A stretch of 35,934 bases of DNA. Origin: a plasmid. The notes under the pieces were generated by a model. It had not been told where the DNA came from, ran no database searches, and saw only the letters and a list, made by a program, of their open reading frames with translations. Positions within the stretch are counted from its first letter, which is position 1; every line of letters starts with the position of its first letter. Location of the stretch: sequence record NC_017487.1. The stretch is one strand, 5' to 3'. The position numbers and the translations under genes are program-made. This document shows positions 1-9,494 of the stretch, piece by piece.

Positions 1-196
1 ATAACCGATACAAACAGACTGATCAAATTCTATATTGATTAGTCTGTTTGCTTACGGGATGATTTTGACTTTTGATTTTAAATTTTTGAAAAAAATAAAA
101 AAAGGCGAAGCCTATATTAATTTATCATATATATTTTAATCTTTTCTTCTTTTGCGTCAAAAAAAAGTGAGTGTTTTCAAGGGGTTAAAGAATAAT

Positions 197-274
197 ATGT
201 GGAGAAAAAACTGTTTATATATGGAGAAAAAACTGTTTATATATGGAGAAAAAACTGTTTATACATGGAGAATG
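197..274 (+). repeat. three and a half tandem 22-bp iterons (atatggagaaaaaactgtttat)
   Basis: Direct tandem repeats at 197-218, 219-240 and 241-262, with a partial copy at 263-274. Confidence 0.9.
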
Positions 275-306
275 TCTATTATCTTCTCCATGTATTATGG
301 TATAAT
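264..306 (+). promoter_or_regulatory. inverted repeat catggagaa...ttctccatg (264-291) overlapping the putative repB promoter; -10 TATAAT at 301-306
   Basis: Perfect 9-bp arms right after the last partial iteron, followed by tggtataat. Resembles the RepB autoregulation operator of lactococcal theta plasmids. Confidence 0.55.
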
Positions 307-380
307 AAAAGCATGAAGAAACACTTTTCGTCGAGAGAATCTTCATGCGTATCTAAAAACACTCAAAGGAGCGTATTTCT

Positions 381-1532
381 ATGTCTAGTATACCAAAAAA
401 TGAACAAAATCAGAAGCAGGTGCAAATCTTGAACGAATTATCAAAACGAAAAGTAGTGGAGCATAATTCTTTAATTACCAGCATTGCCAAAATGGATAAA
501 ACCCCACTCAAAATGTTTGAGTTAGCCGTATCGTGCATTGATACCGAAGAACCGCCTAAAGATCATACAGTCTATCTCTCAAAAGAAGAACTTTTTACGT
601 TTTTTAAAGTTTCTGATAATGACAAACATAGTCGTTTCAAGCAGGCAGTTGAGAATATGCAGAAACAAGCTTTTTTCAAAATTAAAGAAAAAAAAGAACA
701 TGGGTTTGAGTTTGAAAATATCGTCCCTATTCCCTATGTAAAGTGGACCGATTATCATGATGAAGTTACTATTCGATTTAGTCCTGAAATCATGCCTTAT
801 CTAATCAATCTTAAAAAGAATTTCACACAACATGCCTTGTCCGATATTTCAGAACTCAATAGTAAACATTCTATCATCTTGTATCGTTGGTTATCCATGA
901 ATTATAACCAATACGAGCATTATAGTTATAAGGGTGGACGGAGAGAAGAACAAGTGGAAGCCTACCGCAATCCTTCAATTTCAATCCGAGAATTACGAGA
1001 AATGACGGATATAGTCAATGAATATAAACTTTTTGCAGATTTAGAAAAATGGATATTAAAAAAACCTTTGGAAGAAATCAATGATCATACTTCTTTTACC
1101 GTGACGTATGACAAAGTCAAAAAGGGGCGCTCGATTGATTCTATCGTCTTTCATATTACGAAAAAACGTCGAGCAGACGATAACAGCTACAAGTTGGAAG
1201 ATAAAGTCTACCAAGAAGATAAAGCACGTAAAGCAGAAACCGAAGACATGCTGACGGTACAAGCCCTAAAAAGTCCGTATACCAAGCTGCTTATGGAACA
1301 TTTCTTATTGTCTTATCTAGACTTGACGGATACTAAAATTCTTTCAGGCTTACAAGCACACGTGTACCCTCTCTATGACGAACTGAAAGACTTACGAGGG
1401 TTGAATGGGGTCAAAGACCACTTGTCTTATGTGAGAGCCAAGCGAGAAGACTACTCAAAGAAAAATATCACTAAGTATCTCAAAAAAGCAATCGAGCAAT
1501 ACCTACCCACGGTTAAAAGGCAGGACTTATGA
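381..1532 (+). CDS. repB: replication initiator RepB (Rep_3 family, lactococcal theta-plasmid type)
   Basis: 383-aa ORF, RBS aaaggag upstream, lies directly downstream of the iterons. Length and sequence character match lactococcal RepB. Confidence 0.9.
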   Translation: MSSIPKNEQNQKQVQILNELSKRKVVEHNSLITSIAKMDKTPLKMFELAVSCIDTEEPPKDHTVYLSKEELFTFFKVSDNDKHSRFKQAVENMQKQAFFKIKEKKEHGFEFENIVPIPYVKWTDYHDEVTIRFSPEIMPYLINLKKNFTQHALSDISELNSKHSIILYRWLSMNYNQYEHYSYKGGRREEQVEAYRNPSISIRELREMTDIVNEYKLFADLEKWILKKPLEEINDHTSFTVTYDKVKKGRSIDSIVFHITKKRRADDNSYKLEDKVYQEDKARKAETEDMLTVQALKSPYTKLLMEHFLLSYLDLTDTKILSGLQAHVYPLYDELKDLRGLNGVKDHLSYVRAKREDYSKKNITKYLKKAIEQYLPTVKRQDL

Positions 1533-2122
1533 TGAGTGAAAAGTTAAAGACAATCAAAGAGCTTGCGGATGAAATAGGTGTTTCAAAGCAAGCTGTATGG
1601 CAAAAAATAAAAAAAGAATCGTCAATAGATTTACGTCAATTTACGTCAAAAAAAGGAAATACCGTTTACGTTGACGTTGATGGTCAAAAAGTTATTAAGA
1701 ATGCTTTTTTTAACAAAACGTCAACTAAAAAACGTCAACAAAAAGTTTTTGTTGACGACAACGTGAATAATTCAGTTGATGACAATCCAGAGGGGAATGA
1801 AGAGATTTTATTTTTAAGGAATCTAGTGTCCGAACTCCAATCAGAAAAAAAAGACCTTCATAAGCTATTAGACCAGCAACAACGCCTAGCTTTGCAGGAT
1901 AAAAAATTGCTAGAAGAATATAAATCAGAAATCAATGAATTGAAAGCTCTTAAAATGCCTCAGGAGGATATGAAAGATGGCTCGTCTATAAGGGGTGAGG
2001 CGCAGGAAGAAATTGAACGACTGAAAGCTCAATTGAAGTTATCAGAAGAAGAACAAAACAAGGCAAAAGAAAAAGAGCCGGTAAAAACAGAATCTAAAAA
2101 ATGGTGGCAACTATGGAAATGA
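1529..2122 (+). CDS. repX: replication-associated protein RepX/OrfX-like (DUF536-like): N-terminal HTH, coiled coil, C-terminal KKWWQLWK
   Basis: Start overlaps the repB stop (ATGA). HTH-like N-terminus ELADEIGVSKQAVWQKI. Conserved LLDQQQRLALQDKKLLEEYK segment is shared with the ORF at 21144-21737. Confidence 0.7.
   Translation: MMSEKLKTIKELADEIGVSKQAVWQKIKKESSIDLRQFTSKKGNTVYVDVDGQKVIKNAFFNKTSTKKRQQKVFVDDNVNNSVDDNPEGNEEILFLRNLVSELQSEKKDLHKLLDQQQRLALQDKKLLEEYKSEINELKALKMPQEDMKDGSSIRGEAQEEIERLKAQLKLSEEEQNKAKEKEPVKTESKKWWQLWK
1630..1766 (+). repeat. cluster of at least six CGTCAA/TTGACG hexamers (including tandem tttacgtcaa x2) embedded in the repX coding sequence
   Basis: tttacgtcaa at 1630-1639 and 1640-1649. 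tttacgttgacgttga at 1665-1680. aacgtcaact at 1717-1726. aacgtcaaca at 1731-1740. ttgttgacgacaacgtg at 1750-1766. Confidence 0.8.
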
Positions 2123-2132
2123 GGGGGATCAA

Positions 2133-5100
2133 ATGAGTCATTCGGAACAAATGATTGAAAACCAGTTCATACAGATCTTAAGTGAGAAAGAAAATCAATG
2201 GACTTATCGTCCGGACTTGAAGTCGGAAGAAGCACTTTGGCAAAACTTTAGAGGTCATTTGAACCGAATTAATTTAGCAGTATTGGAAGAGCAACTATTA
2301 ACGGACAAAGAATTTAAGCAAGTCAAAGTCGAGTTTTCACGTTTGACCGGAACGCCTTTTTTAGCTTCTCAATGGCTTAGAGGAGAAAACGGGGTGGCTC
2401 AAGTTTTATTAGAGCGAGAAGATGGGAAAAAAGTGACTTTAGAAGCCTTTAGAAATAAGGATATCTCAGGAGGAACTTCTTCTTATGAGGTAGTTCACCA
2501 AGTGGTCCCAGATTCCTCTAGAGTAGATCGTGGAGATGTGAGCTTGCTGATTAATGGGCTCCCAATCATTCATATTGAGCTCAAAAAAGAGTCCGCTAAA
2601 GACGGTTTCATGCAAGCTTATTATCAAATTCAGCGTTATGCAGAAGATGGATTTTTTAAAGGGATTTACGCAACTACTCAAATCATGGTGATTTCAAATA
2701 AAGTCGATACCCGATACTTTGCAAGACCTAGTGAAGATACCGCTGAAGCCTATGCTCGGATGAAGAAGTTTTTATTTAATTGGCGGACTGAAGACAATCA
2801 AACGGTTTCCGATTTGTTTGATTTTACTCGTACAGTTTTGCGGATACCCGATGCCCATGAATTGATTAGCCAATATACCATTCTCGTCGATGATCAAAAA
2901 AATCAAAAATTCCTCATGGCTTTAAGACCTTACCAAATTCATGCTATTCGTAAGATTCGTCAAAAAGCGGCACAGCATGAAGGAGGATTTATTTGGCATG
3001 CGACAGGTTCAGGAAAGACCATTACCAGTTTTGTCGCAACGAAATTATTAGCACAAAATGCGATCGGTGTTGATCGTACGGTCATGGTTGTTGATAGAAC
3101 AGACTTAGATGCTCAAACGCAGGATGAGTTTACGAAGTTTGCCTCGGAATATCATACCGGACAAACGACCGGAAATTCGGTAGCCAATACTTTGATTGTT
3201 GGGATCAAAAATCAAAAACAGTTGGCTCGAAACCTCCTATCATCAAAAAATAATAATACGATTTTAGTGACCACGATTCAAAAACTCTCTGCGGCTATGC
3301 GAAGTGCCCAACAAGAGAGTGAAGAAAAAGGCTCGAATCAATTTGAGAAGCTACGGCAAGAACATCTTGTTTTTATTGTTGATGAGGCTCATCGTGCGGT
3401 TAGTGATGAGGAAATGAAGCGAATTAAGAAAATATTACCCAATTCAACCTGGTTTGGATTAACGGGGACGCCTATTTTTGAAGAAAATAAAAAGCAAGAA
3501 AATGGAACCTTTGCCAGAACGACGAGCCAGCAATACGGGCCACTCCTTCACTCCTATACAACCAAAAATGCCATGGATGATGGGGCTGTGTTAGGCTTTC
3601 AAGTCGAGTATCATTCACTGATTTCAGAAGAGGATCAAGAGGTGATTGTCACCCAACTCAATAAAGGAAAGTTGCCAGACGATGCCCTCCAACAAGAAAA
3701 ATTATTGCCTACGGAACTGTATGAAGCAGATGAACATATTCGTACCATGTTACAAAAAATCTTTAATCGGAGAAGTGTGGTCAAAAAGTTCAAGGTAAAG
3801 AATGGTTTTCCTACGATGTCAGCCATTCTTACCACTCACTCGATTGCCCAAGCCAAACATATTTACCGGATTTTAAAGGAAATGAAAGATAATGGGACAC
3901 TCTTGAATGGGCGACAATTTGATGAACGTCATCAACTGATTGATAAAGATTTCCCAAGAGTAGCTATTACCTTCTCAACCAATCCGGATCAATTAGAAAA
4001 AAATGAACAAGACGATGAATTAGTAGAGATCATGAAAGAGTATGCGAAACAGTTTGATGCCTCTCCTTATCAAGATGAGAAACTCTACAATCAAAATATT
4101 AATAAACGGTTGGCCCGTAAGGAAAAGCAATATCAATCGGAGGGTCAGTGGCTAGATTTTGTTATTGTTGTCGATCGTTTATTGACAGGCTTTGATTCTC
4201 CAACGATTCAAACCTTATATATTGATCGAGAAATGAACTATCAAAAGCTCCTTCAAGCGTTCTCAAGAACGAATCGTATTTATACGGGCAAAGATTCTGG
4301 TTTGATTGTCTCTTTTAGAAAGCCCTTCACCATGAAAGAAAATGTGAAAAACACGTTTCGTCTATTCTCAAATGAAAAGCAAAACTTTGATCAACTGATT
4401 CCAAAAGAATATGAAGAAGTCAAAAAAGAATTTATCGAATGTTCAACACTTTATAAACAAAGCGAAGCCGACCTATCGGATAATCCCAATGATCTTAAAA
4501 CGATGATTGCGCAAGTGAGTGCTTATCAAAAGCTAGAAAAGAGTTATAAAGCGCTCCGAAGCTATGATCAATACGAAGAGGACTTTGAAGCATTTTCAGA
4601 AGTAGTGGAGCAGTTGCCACAATATCAAGGAAAAACAGAAAATATTAAAACAAAGATTAAAGAAATGATCGAGGATGAGGAGCATCCTGAGGAGGACTTC
4701 GAGAAGCTTTTACAAGAGATTGCTTTTTCTTCGCAGCTCAATGCGACACATAAAGACGTCGTGGATAGTTTTTATATTAATCAACTTTTGAAAGCGATCC
4801 AATTAAACGAAGCAGGGGCCGTTGAAAAATTTGAAAAAGAAATCCAACAAAAGGATCCTCAAATCCAAAAGATGTATCACACCTTGAAAGATCAACTCGT
4901 CAATACTACTGAAGAGATCGATGTGGCTCAATTAAAAGAGACTTCGATTCAAAATGAAATTCAAAGACAACTTCAAAAAGAAGCTGAAGAATTTGGATTA
5001 TCCTTCGACTTTTTACAGTCTGCAATGAATGAATATCAAGGCGATAAGAAAACGATCCCTTATTTAACCCATTTACTGGATTCGATGACTCTTAGTAAAG

Positions 5101-5210
5101 AAGAGTTCGAAGCCAAAACGGGTGAAAAATACAGAAGAAGAACAAAAGTTTTAGAAGAACGACTACAACAAAACTTTGAACATCTTCAAAAATGGAAAGA
5201 AGAATTATAA
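2133..5210 (+). CDS. hsdR: type I restriction enzyme R subunit HsdR (SF2 helicase/ATPase motifs)
   Basis: 1025-aa ORF with an ATGSGKT Walker A and a DEAH-like VDEAHR motif. Upstream of the M and S genes. Its stop overlaps the hsdM start (TAATG). Confidence 0.92.
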   Translation: MSHSEQMIENQFIQILSEKENQWTYRPDLKSEEALWQNFRGHLNRINLAVLEEQLLTDKEFKQVKVEFSRLTGTPFLASQWLRGENGVAQVLLEREDGKKVTLEAFRNKDISGGTSSYEVVHQVVPDSSRVDRGDVSLLINGLPIIHIELKKESAKDGFMQAYYQIQRYAEDGFFKGIYATTQIMVISNKVDTRYFARPSEDTAEAYARMKKFLFNWRTEDNQTVSDLFDFTRTVLRIPDAHELISQYTILVDDQKNQKFLMALRPYQIHAIRKIRQKAAQHEGGFIWHATGSGKTITSFVATKLLAQNAIGVDRTVMVVDRTDLDAQTQDEFTKFASEYHTGQTTGNSVANTLIVGIKNQKQLARNLLSSKNNNTILVTTIQKLSAAMRSAQQESEEKGSNQFEKLRQEHLVFIVDEAHRAVSDEEMKRIKKILPNSTWFGLTGTPIFEENKKQENGTFARTTSQQYGPLLHSYTTKNAMDDGAVLGFQVEYHSLISEEDQEVIVTQLNKGKLPDDALQQEKLLPTELYEADEHIRTMLQKIFNRRSVVKKFKVKNGFPTMSAILTTHSIAQAKHIYRILKEMKDNGTLLNGRQFDERHQLIDKDFPRVAITFSTNPDQLEKNEQDDELVEIMKEYAKQFDASPYQDEKLYNQNINKRLARKEKQYQSEGQWLDFVIVVDRLLTGFDSPTIQTLYIDREMNYQKLLQAFSRTNRIYTGKDSGLIVSFRKPFTMKENVKNTFRLFSNEKQNFDQLIPKEYEEVKKEFIECSTLYKQSEADLSDNPNDLKTMIAQVSAYQKLEKSYKALRSYDQYEEDFEAFSEVVEQLPQYQGKTENIKTKIKEMIEDEEHPEEDFEKLLQEIAFSSQLNATHKDVVDSFYINQLLKAIQLNEAGAVEKFEKEIQQKDPQIQKMYHTLKDQLVNTTEEIDVAQLKETSIQNEIQRQLQKEAEEFGLSFDFLQSAMNEYQGDKKTIPYLTHLLDSMTLSKEEFEAKTGEKYRRRTKVLEERLQQNFEHLQKWKEEL

Positions 5211-6805
5211 TGGCAACAGGTTTAAATCAACAACTATGGGCTTCTGCGGATATCTTACGTGGGAAGATGGATGCAAGTGAGTACAAAAACTACTTACTGG
5301 GATTAATTTTCTATAAGTACTTGTCTGATGCGCAGCTTAGAGAAGTTTATGAACAAGAAAATGGAAAAACAGATACCTTCCCAGAACGTTCCACTCAGTA
5401 TGCAGGATTCATGGAGTGGTACGAAGAAGACAAAGACGATTTAATCGAAAATATCCAACCCAAACAAGGCTACTTTATCCAACCCGATCAATTGTTTTAT
5501 CACTACCGCATCAAAGCTGATAACTATGAATTTAACTTGACCGACTTACAAGCAGGTTTTAATGAGTTGGAACGTCAAGGAGAAGAATTTAGTGGATTGT
5601 TTGCGGATATTGATTTAAACTCCACAAAATTAGGCTCAAATGCACAACAACGTAATGTGACGATTACTGAGGTTTTACGTGCCTTAGATGAGATTGACTT
5701 ATTTGAACACAATGGCGATGTCATTGGAGATGCTTATGAGTATTTAATCGGGATGTTTGCGGCAGGTGCAGGTAAAAAAGCAGGAGAGTTTTATACCCCT
5801 CAAGCTGTTTCACGCATCATGTCAGAAATTACGTCGATCGGACAAGAATCTCGAGCGCCTTTTCATATTTACGACCCTGCGATGGGTTCAGGTTCTTTGA
5901 TGCTTAATATCCGTCGCTATCTCATCAACCCAAATCAAGTCCATTATCATGGCCAAGAGCTAAATACGACGACCTTTAACTTAGCGCGTATGAACTTAAT
6001 CCTTCATGGAGTAGATAAAGAACGCATGAACCTGAATAACGGGGACACTTTAGACGCCGATTGGCCGTCAGAAGAGCCTTATCAGTTTGATTCTGTGGTC
6101 ATGAACCCTCCTTACTCTGCGAAATGGTCAGCGGCAGATAAGTTTCTCTCTGACCCTCGTTTTGAGCGTTTTGGAAAATTAGCGCCTAAATCTAAAGCGG
6201 ACTTTGCCTTTCTCCTTCACGGTTTTTACCATTTGAAAGAATCGGGAACAATGGGGATTGTCCTGCCTCATGGCGTGCTCTTTAGAGGAGCCGCAGAAGG
6301 AACCATCCGTCAAGCTCTTTTAGAGATGGGAGCTATTGATGCAGTCATTGGCTTGCCGGCCAATATCTTTTTTGGAACCAGTATTCCGACAACGGTTATT
6401 ATTTTGAAGAAAAACCGCTCTCGTCGCGATGTCTTGTTTATCGATGCTTCTCAAGATTTTGAAAAACAAAAAAATCAAAATGTCCTGTTGGATGAACATA
6501 TTGATAAAATTGTTTCTACCTACAAAAAGCGAGAAGATATTGAAAGATATGCTCATGTTGCAAGTTTTGATGAGATCCAAGAAAATGACTTTAACTTAAA
6601 TATCCCTCGTTATGTCGATACCTTTGAGGAAGAGGAACCGGTTGATTTGGTTGCAGTAAATACCAATCTCCTTAAGATCAATGAAGAATTAGTTCAACAA
6701 GAGCAAGTGCTCTTATCGTTGATTGACAATTTTTCAGAAAGTGAAGAGAATCAAGCCTTGATTGAATCGATGCGTCTTCTTTTGAGAGGCGGTCATGATG
6801 AGTAA
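5210..6805 (+). CDS. hsdM: type I restriction-modification N6-adenine methyltransferase HsdM
   Basis: NPPY motif (VMNPPYS) and SAM-binding DPAMGSGS. The ATG at 5210 shares its A with the hsdR TAA, which fits better than the longer ORF starting at 5192. Confidence 0.92.
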   Translation: MATGLNQQLWASADILRGKMDASEYKNYLLGLIFYKYLSDAQLREVYEQENGKTDTFPERSTQYAGFMEWYEEDKDDLIENIQPKQGYFIQPDQLFYHYRIKADNYEFNLTDLQAGFNELERQGEEFSGLFADIDLNSTKLGSNAQQRNVTITEVLRALDEIDLFEHNGDVIGDAYEYLIGMFAAGAGKKAGEFYTPQAVSRIMSEITSIGQESRAPFHIYDPAMGSGSLMLNIRRYLINPNQVHYHGQELNTTTFNLARMNLILHGVDKERMNLNNGDTLDADWPSEEPYQFDSVVMNPPYSAKWSAADKFLSDPRFERFGKLAPKSKADFAFLLHGFYHLKESGTMGIVLPHGVLFRGAAEGTIRQALLEMGAIDAVIGLPANIFFGTSIPTTVIILKKNRSRRDVLFIDASQDFEKQKNQNVLLDEHIDKIVSTYKKREDIERYAHVASFDEIQENDFNLNIPRYVDTFEEEEPVDLVAVNTNLLKINEELVQQEQVLLSLIDNFSESEENQALIESMRLLLRGGHDE

Positions 6806-7991
6806 AAAAAGTCCACAATTAAGGTTTGAAGGTTTTACGGATGATTGGGAAGAACGTAAGTTAGGGGAATTAGGTTCTGTAGCGATGAATAGAAGGATTT
6901 TCAAAGATCAAACTTCAGAAAACGAAGAAGTCCCATTTTTTAAAATCGGTACTTTTGGAAGCAAACCAGATGCTTTTATCTCTCGTGAATTGTTTGAAGA
7001 ATATAAATTGAAATATCCATATCCAGAAATAGGGGATATTTTAATATCTGCTTCTGGAAGCATAGGTAGAACTGTTGTATATCAAGGGAAAGATGAATAT
7101 TTTCAAGATAGCAATATAGTTTGGTTAAAGCATGATGATCGCTTGAATAATAAGTTTTTAAAGCAGTTTTATTCGATTGTTAAGTGGCAAGGATTAGAAG
7201 GAAGTACGATTAAACGGCTATATAATAAAAACATTTTAGATACAGATATTAGTATCCCTAGTACCATTGAACAAAATAAGATAGGGATGTTCTTTGAACA
7301 ATTAGACGACACTATCGCTCTTCATCAGCGTAAGTTAGATTTGTTGAAAGAACAGAAAAAAGGATACTTACAAAAAATGTTCCCCAAAAATGGGGAAAAA
7401 GTTCCTGAATTGCGATTTGCGGGGTTTGCTGACGATTGGGAAGAGCATAAGTTGGGTGATTATATCATTCAGTATAGTGAAAAAACTAAACAGAATAATC
7501 AATATCCTGTTTTCACCTCCTCTAGGAATGGATTATTTTTTCAGAAGGATTACTATAAAGGGAATCAAATTGCATCCGAAGACAATATCGGATATAACAT
7601 TGTTCCCAGGGGATACTTCACATATAGGCATATGTCAGATGATCTTGTTTTTAAATTTAATATAAACGATCTAGCTGACTATGGCATTGTTAGTACTTTA
7701 TATCCTGTTTTCACCACAAATGAGCAATTAAACTCTAAATATTTACAATATCAGTTGAACGAAGGATCTGAATTTAGACGTTTTTCTCTTTTGCAAAAAC
7801 AAGGTGGTTCTCGAACATATATGTATTTAAATAAATTACAAAATATGATTTTAAATATTCCAAAATTAGAAGAGCAACAAAAAATAGGCTCATTCTTCCA
7901 ACAATTAGATGAAACTATCGCTCTTCATCAACGTAAGTTAGATTTGTTGAAAGAACAGAAAAAAGGCTTTTTACAAAAGATGTTTGTTTAG
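6795..7991 (+). CDS. hsdS: type I specificity subunit HsdS with two target-recognition domains
   Basis: 398 aa. Duplicated conserved segments LDDTIALHQRKLDLLKEQKKGYLQKMFP and LDETIALHQRKLDLLKEQKKGFLQKMFV. Start overlaps the hsdM end. Confidence 0.9.
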   Translation: MMSKKSPQLRFEGFTDDWEERKLGELGSVAMNRRIFKDQTSENEEVPFFKIGTFGSKPDAFISRELFEEYKLKYPYPEIGDILISASGSIGRTVVYQGKDEYFQDSNIVWLKHDDRLNNKFLKQFYSIVKWQGLEGSTIKRLYNKNILDTDISIPSTIEQNKIGMFFEQLDDTIALHQRKLDLLKEQKKGYLQKMFPKNGEKVPELRFAGFADDWEEHKLGDYIIQYSEKTKQNNQYPVFTSSRNGLFFQKDYYKGNQIASEDNIGYNIVPRGYFTYRHMSDDLVFKFNINDLADYGIVSTLYPVFTTNEQLNSKYLQYQLNEGSEFRRFSLLQKQGGSRTYMYLNKLQNMILNIPKLEEQQKIGSFFQQLDETIALHQRKLDLLKEQKKGFLQKMFV

Positions 7992-8005
7992 GGTCTATAA
8001 TTATA
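7990..8005 (+). repeat. 16-bp direct repeat agggtctataattata, copy 1
   Basis: An exact 16-mer recurs at 9384-9399, bracketing the corA-like cassette. Confidence 0.7.
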
Positions 8006-8176
8006 AATTAGATAATACATTAGAAGCTGGAGACGAGATTGTCTAGATAATGTGCGAGATAAAATTTTTAGCAGGTTATCATACATAAGACAAAATGTTT
8101 TTAAAACTGATAACGTATTTATTCCACAACAATTACGCATTTATTTTTGAGAAAAATATAAAGCAGGAGGATTACA

Positions 8177-9127
8177 ATGCTGAAAACTTATTCTTTAACA
8201 AAAAATACATTATTAGTTTCGTCAGAATCAAATATCAAAAATTCGTCTGTTGTTTATGTTTATGGTGACGAACGAGAATATATCGAATCTTTTGAACATA
8301 GATCTGACTTTAACATAGACAATATACTAACGTTTGATGATCGAGTTGCATATGACACGATGATAGATCAGAACGATGAAAAAAGTTTGCTCGTAAGTTA
8401 TTTGTTTCCCGAGATACATGAAGGTGGGCATCTAGATAATCTGACGACATCTGTTGTTTTCTTGGTATTTAAAAATAAGTTGATAATTTTTACAAAACAA
8501 AAATTAAAATTCATTCCCGAACTCTTATCCAATATGGTTTTACATGATGTCGATAATTTCATGCAGGAAGTACTTTTAAAGATCATGCAAAAAGATTTCC
8601 ATGTGATGCTTGACGACCTTCGTGGAGTCAAGGAAAAAATTGATGATTTAGACTCAGAAATATCAACGTCCGGTTCACTCAGACCAACGTTTGGTGATTT
8701 ATTGACTCTTCAAAAATACATGATAGCTTTGTCAACAACCTATGGCGCTAATCACAAAGCGCTGGATTTCATTAAAAAAAATTTTACAACTATTAATGAT
8801 ATTGATTTTACCACCCAAAAAATAATTGATGAGATATACAATACAAGCGACACAATGGATAGAATTATTTTAGGTTACAGTCAATATTTGGATTATTTGG
8901 AAAATATGATAAACAATATGATTTCGTATCAGCTAAACATGATTATGAAAACTCTAACAGAGATATCAATCGTTTTGACTATTCCAGCAATTATTTTTGG
9001 TTTTTGGGGAGTCAATGTCGATGGCCCGTTTGAAAAATCTTCTTATGGTGTTTTTGCTGTGCTGATTATCTCTGTTATACTAAGCCTAATTTGCTGGTTT
9101 TTGCTGCGACGCAAAACATATTTGTAA
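8177..9127 (+). CDS. CorA-family divalent cation (Mg2+/Co2+) transporter-like protein
   Basis: 316 aa with RBS aggagg. Cytoplasmic N-domain, two C-terminal TM helices, and a GVN variant of the CorA GMN signature (FGFWGVNVDGPF). Confidence 0.6.
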   Translation: MLKTYSLTKNTLLVSSESNIKNSSVVYVYGDEREYIESFEHRSDFNIDNILTFDDRVAYDTMIDQNDEKSLLVSYLFPEIHEGGHLDNLTTSVVFLVFKNKLIIFTKQKLKFIPELLSNMVLHDVDNFMQEVLLKIMQKDFHVMLDDLRGVKEKIDDLDSEISTSGSLRPTFGDLLTLQKYMIALSTTYGANHKALDFIKKNFTTINDIDFTTQKIIDEIYNTSDTMDRIILGYSQYLDYLENMINNMISYQLNMIMKTLTEISIVLTIPAIIFGFWGVNVDGPFEKSSYGVFAVLIISVILSLICWFLLRRKTYL

Positions 9128-9383
9128 AGTATTTGTGATACCCCAATATGATTTAAAGCAGAATTTCTTTGTTGACTTATTAAAAGGCTGGTTCCTTTCA
9201 ATAATTTAATAGCTTCAGCGGCTTCCTTCACAGTATGAGAGTTAGAATATTCAAAGATAGCCATATATCCTCTGACAATTGATATGTTGATTAAATGGTC
9301 ACATGATAAGGGTATAAACGAAAAGTTGTTTGGGATGCCAGACTAGGGACTATACTAGAAAACATCAGTACATTCCTTAGCTC

Positions 9384-9399
9384 AGGGTCTATAATTATA
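9384..9399 (+). repeat. 16-bp direct repeat agggtctataattata, copy 2
   Basis: Identical to 7990-8005. Confidence 0.7.
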
Positions 9400-9426
9400 T
9401 AATCGCCCCTGTGAAAACTTATTAAA

Positions 9427-9472
9427 ACAGCCCCTGTTATCTAATCCTTAGATAACAGGGGCTGTTTTTTTA
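9427..9472 (+). terminator. rho-independent terminator (15-bp stem, T-run)
   Basis: acagcccctgttatc ... gataacaggggctgt followed by ttttttt. Confidence 0.7.
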
Positions 9473-9494
9473 TTTATATGGTATAATAGTGCTT

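Larger units (their letters stand above)
1..310 (+). promoter_or_regulatory. theta-type plasmid origin region: 17-bp inverted repeat (11-50), AT-rich stretch (60-195), iterons, repB promoter and operator
   Basis: Inverted repeat caaacagactgatcaa / ttgattagtctgtttg at 11-50. AT-rich run. 22-bp direct repeats immediately upstream of repB, the layout of lactococcal pCI305/pWV02-type replicons. Confidence 0.75.

Noticed and set aside
199-432. 77-aa ORF upstream of repB
   Set aside because: Its sequence is made of translated iterons and the operator inverted repeat. This is regulatory DNA, not a gene.
538-1262. Small ORFs inside repB (538-741 plus strand, 1056-1262 minus strand), inside hsdR (2466-2681, 3635-3835), inside hsdM (6320-6580), inside hsdS (7390-7665) and inside corA-like (8398-8631)
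   Set aside because: Each is fully embedded in a longer, well-supported gene, on the opposite strand or in an alternative frame, with no RBS.
9043-9264. 73-aa minus-strand ORF (MAIFEYSNSHTVKEAAEAIKLLK...) overlapping the 3' end of the corA-like gene
   Set aside because: It overlaps the corA-like gene by 85 bp and matches no family I recognise. At most it is a short N-terminal relic of a lost gene.
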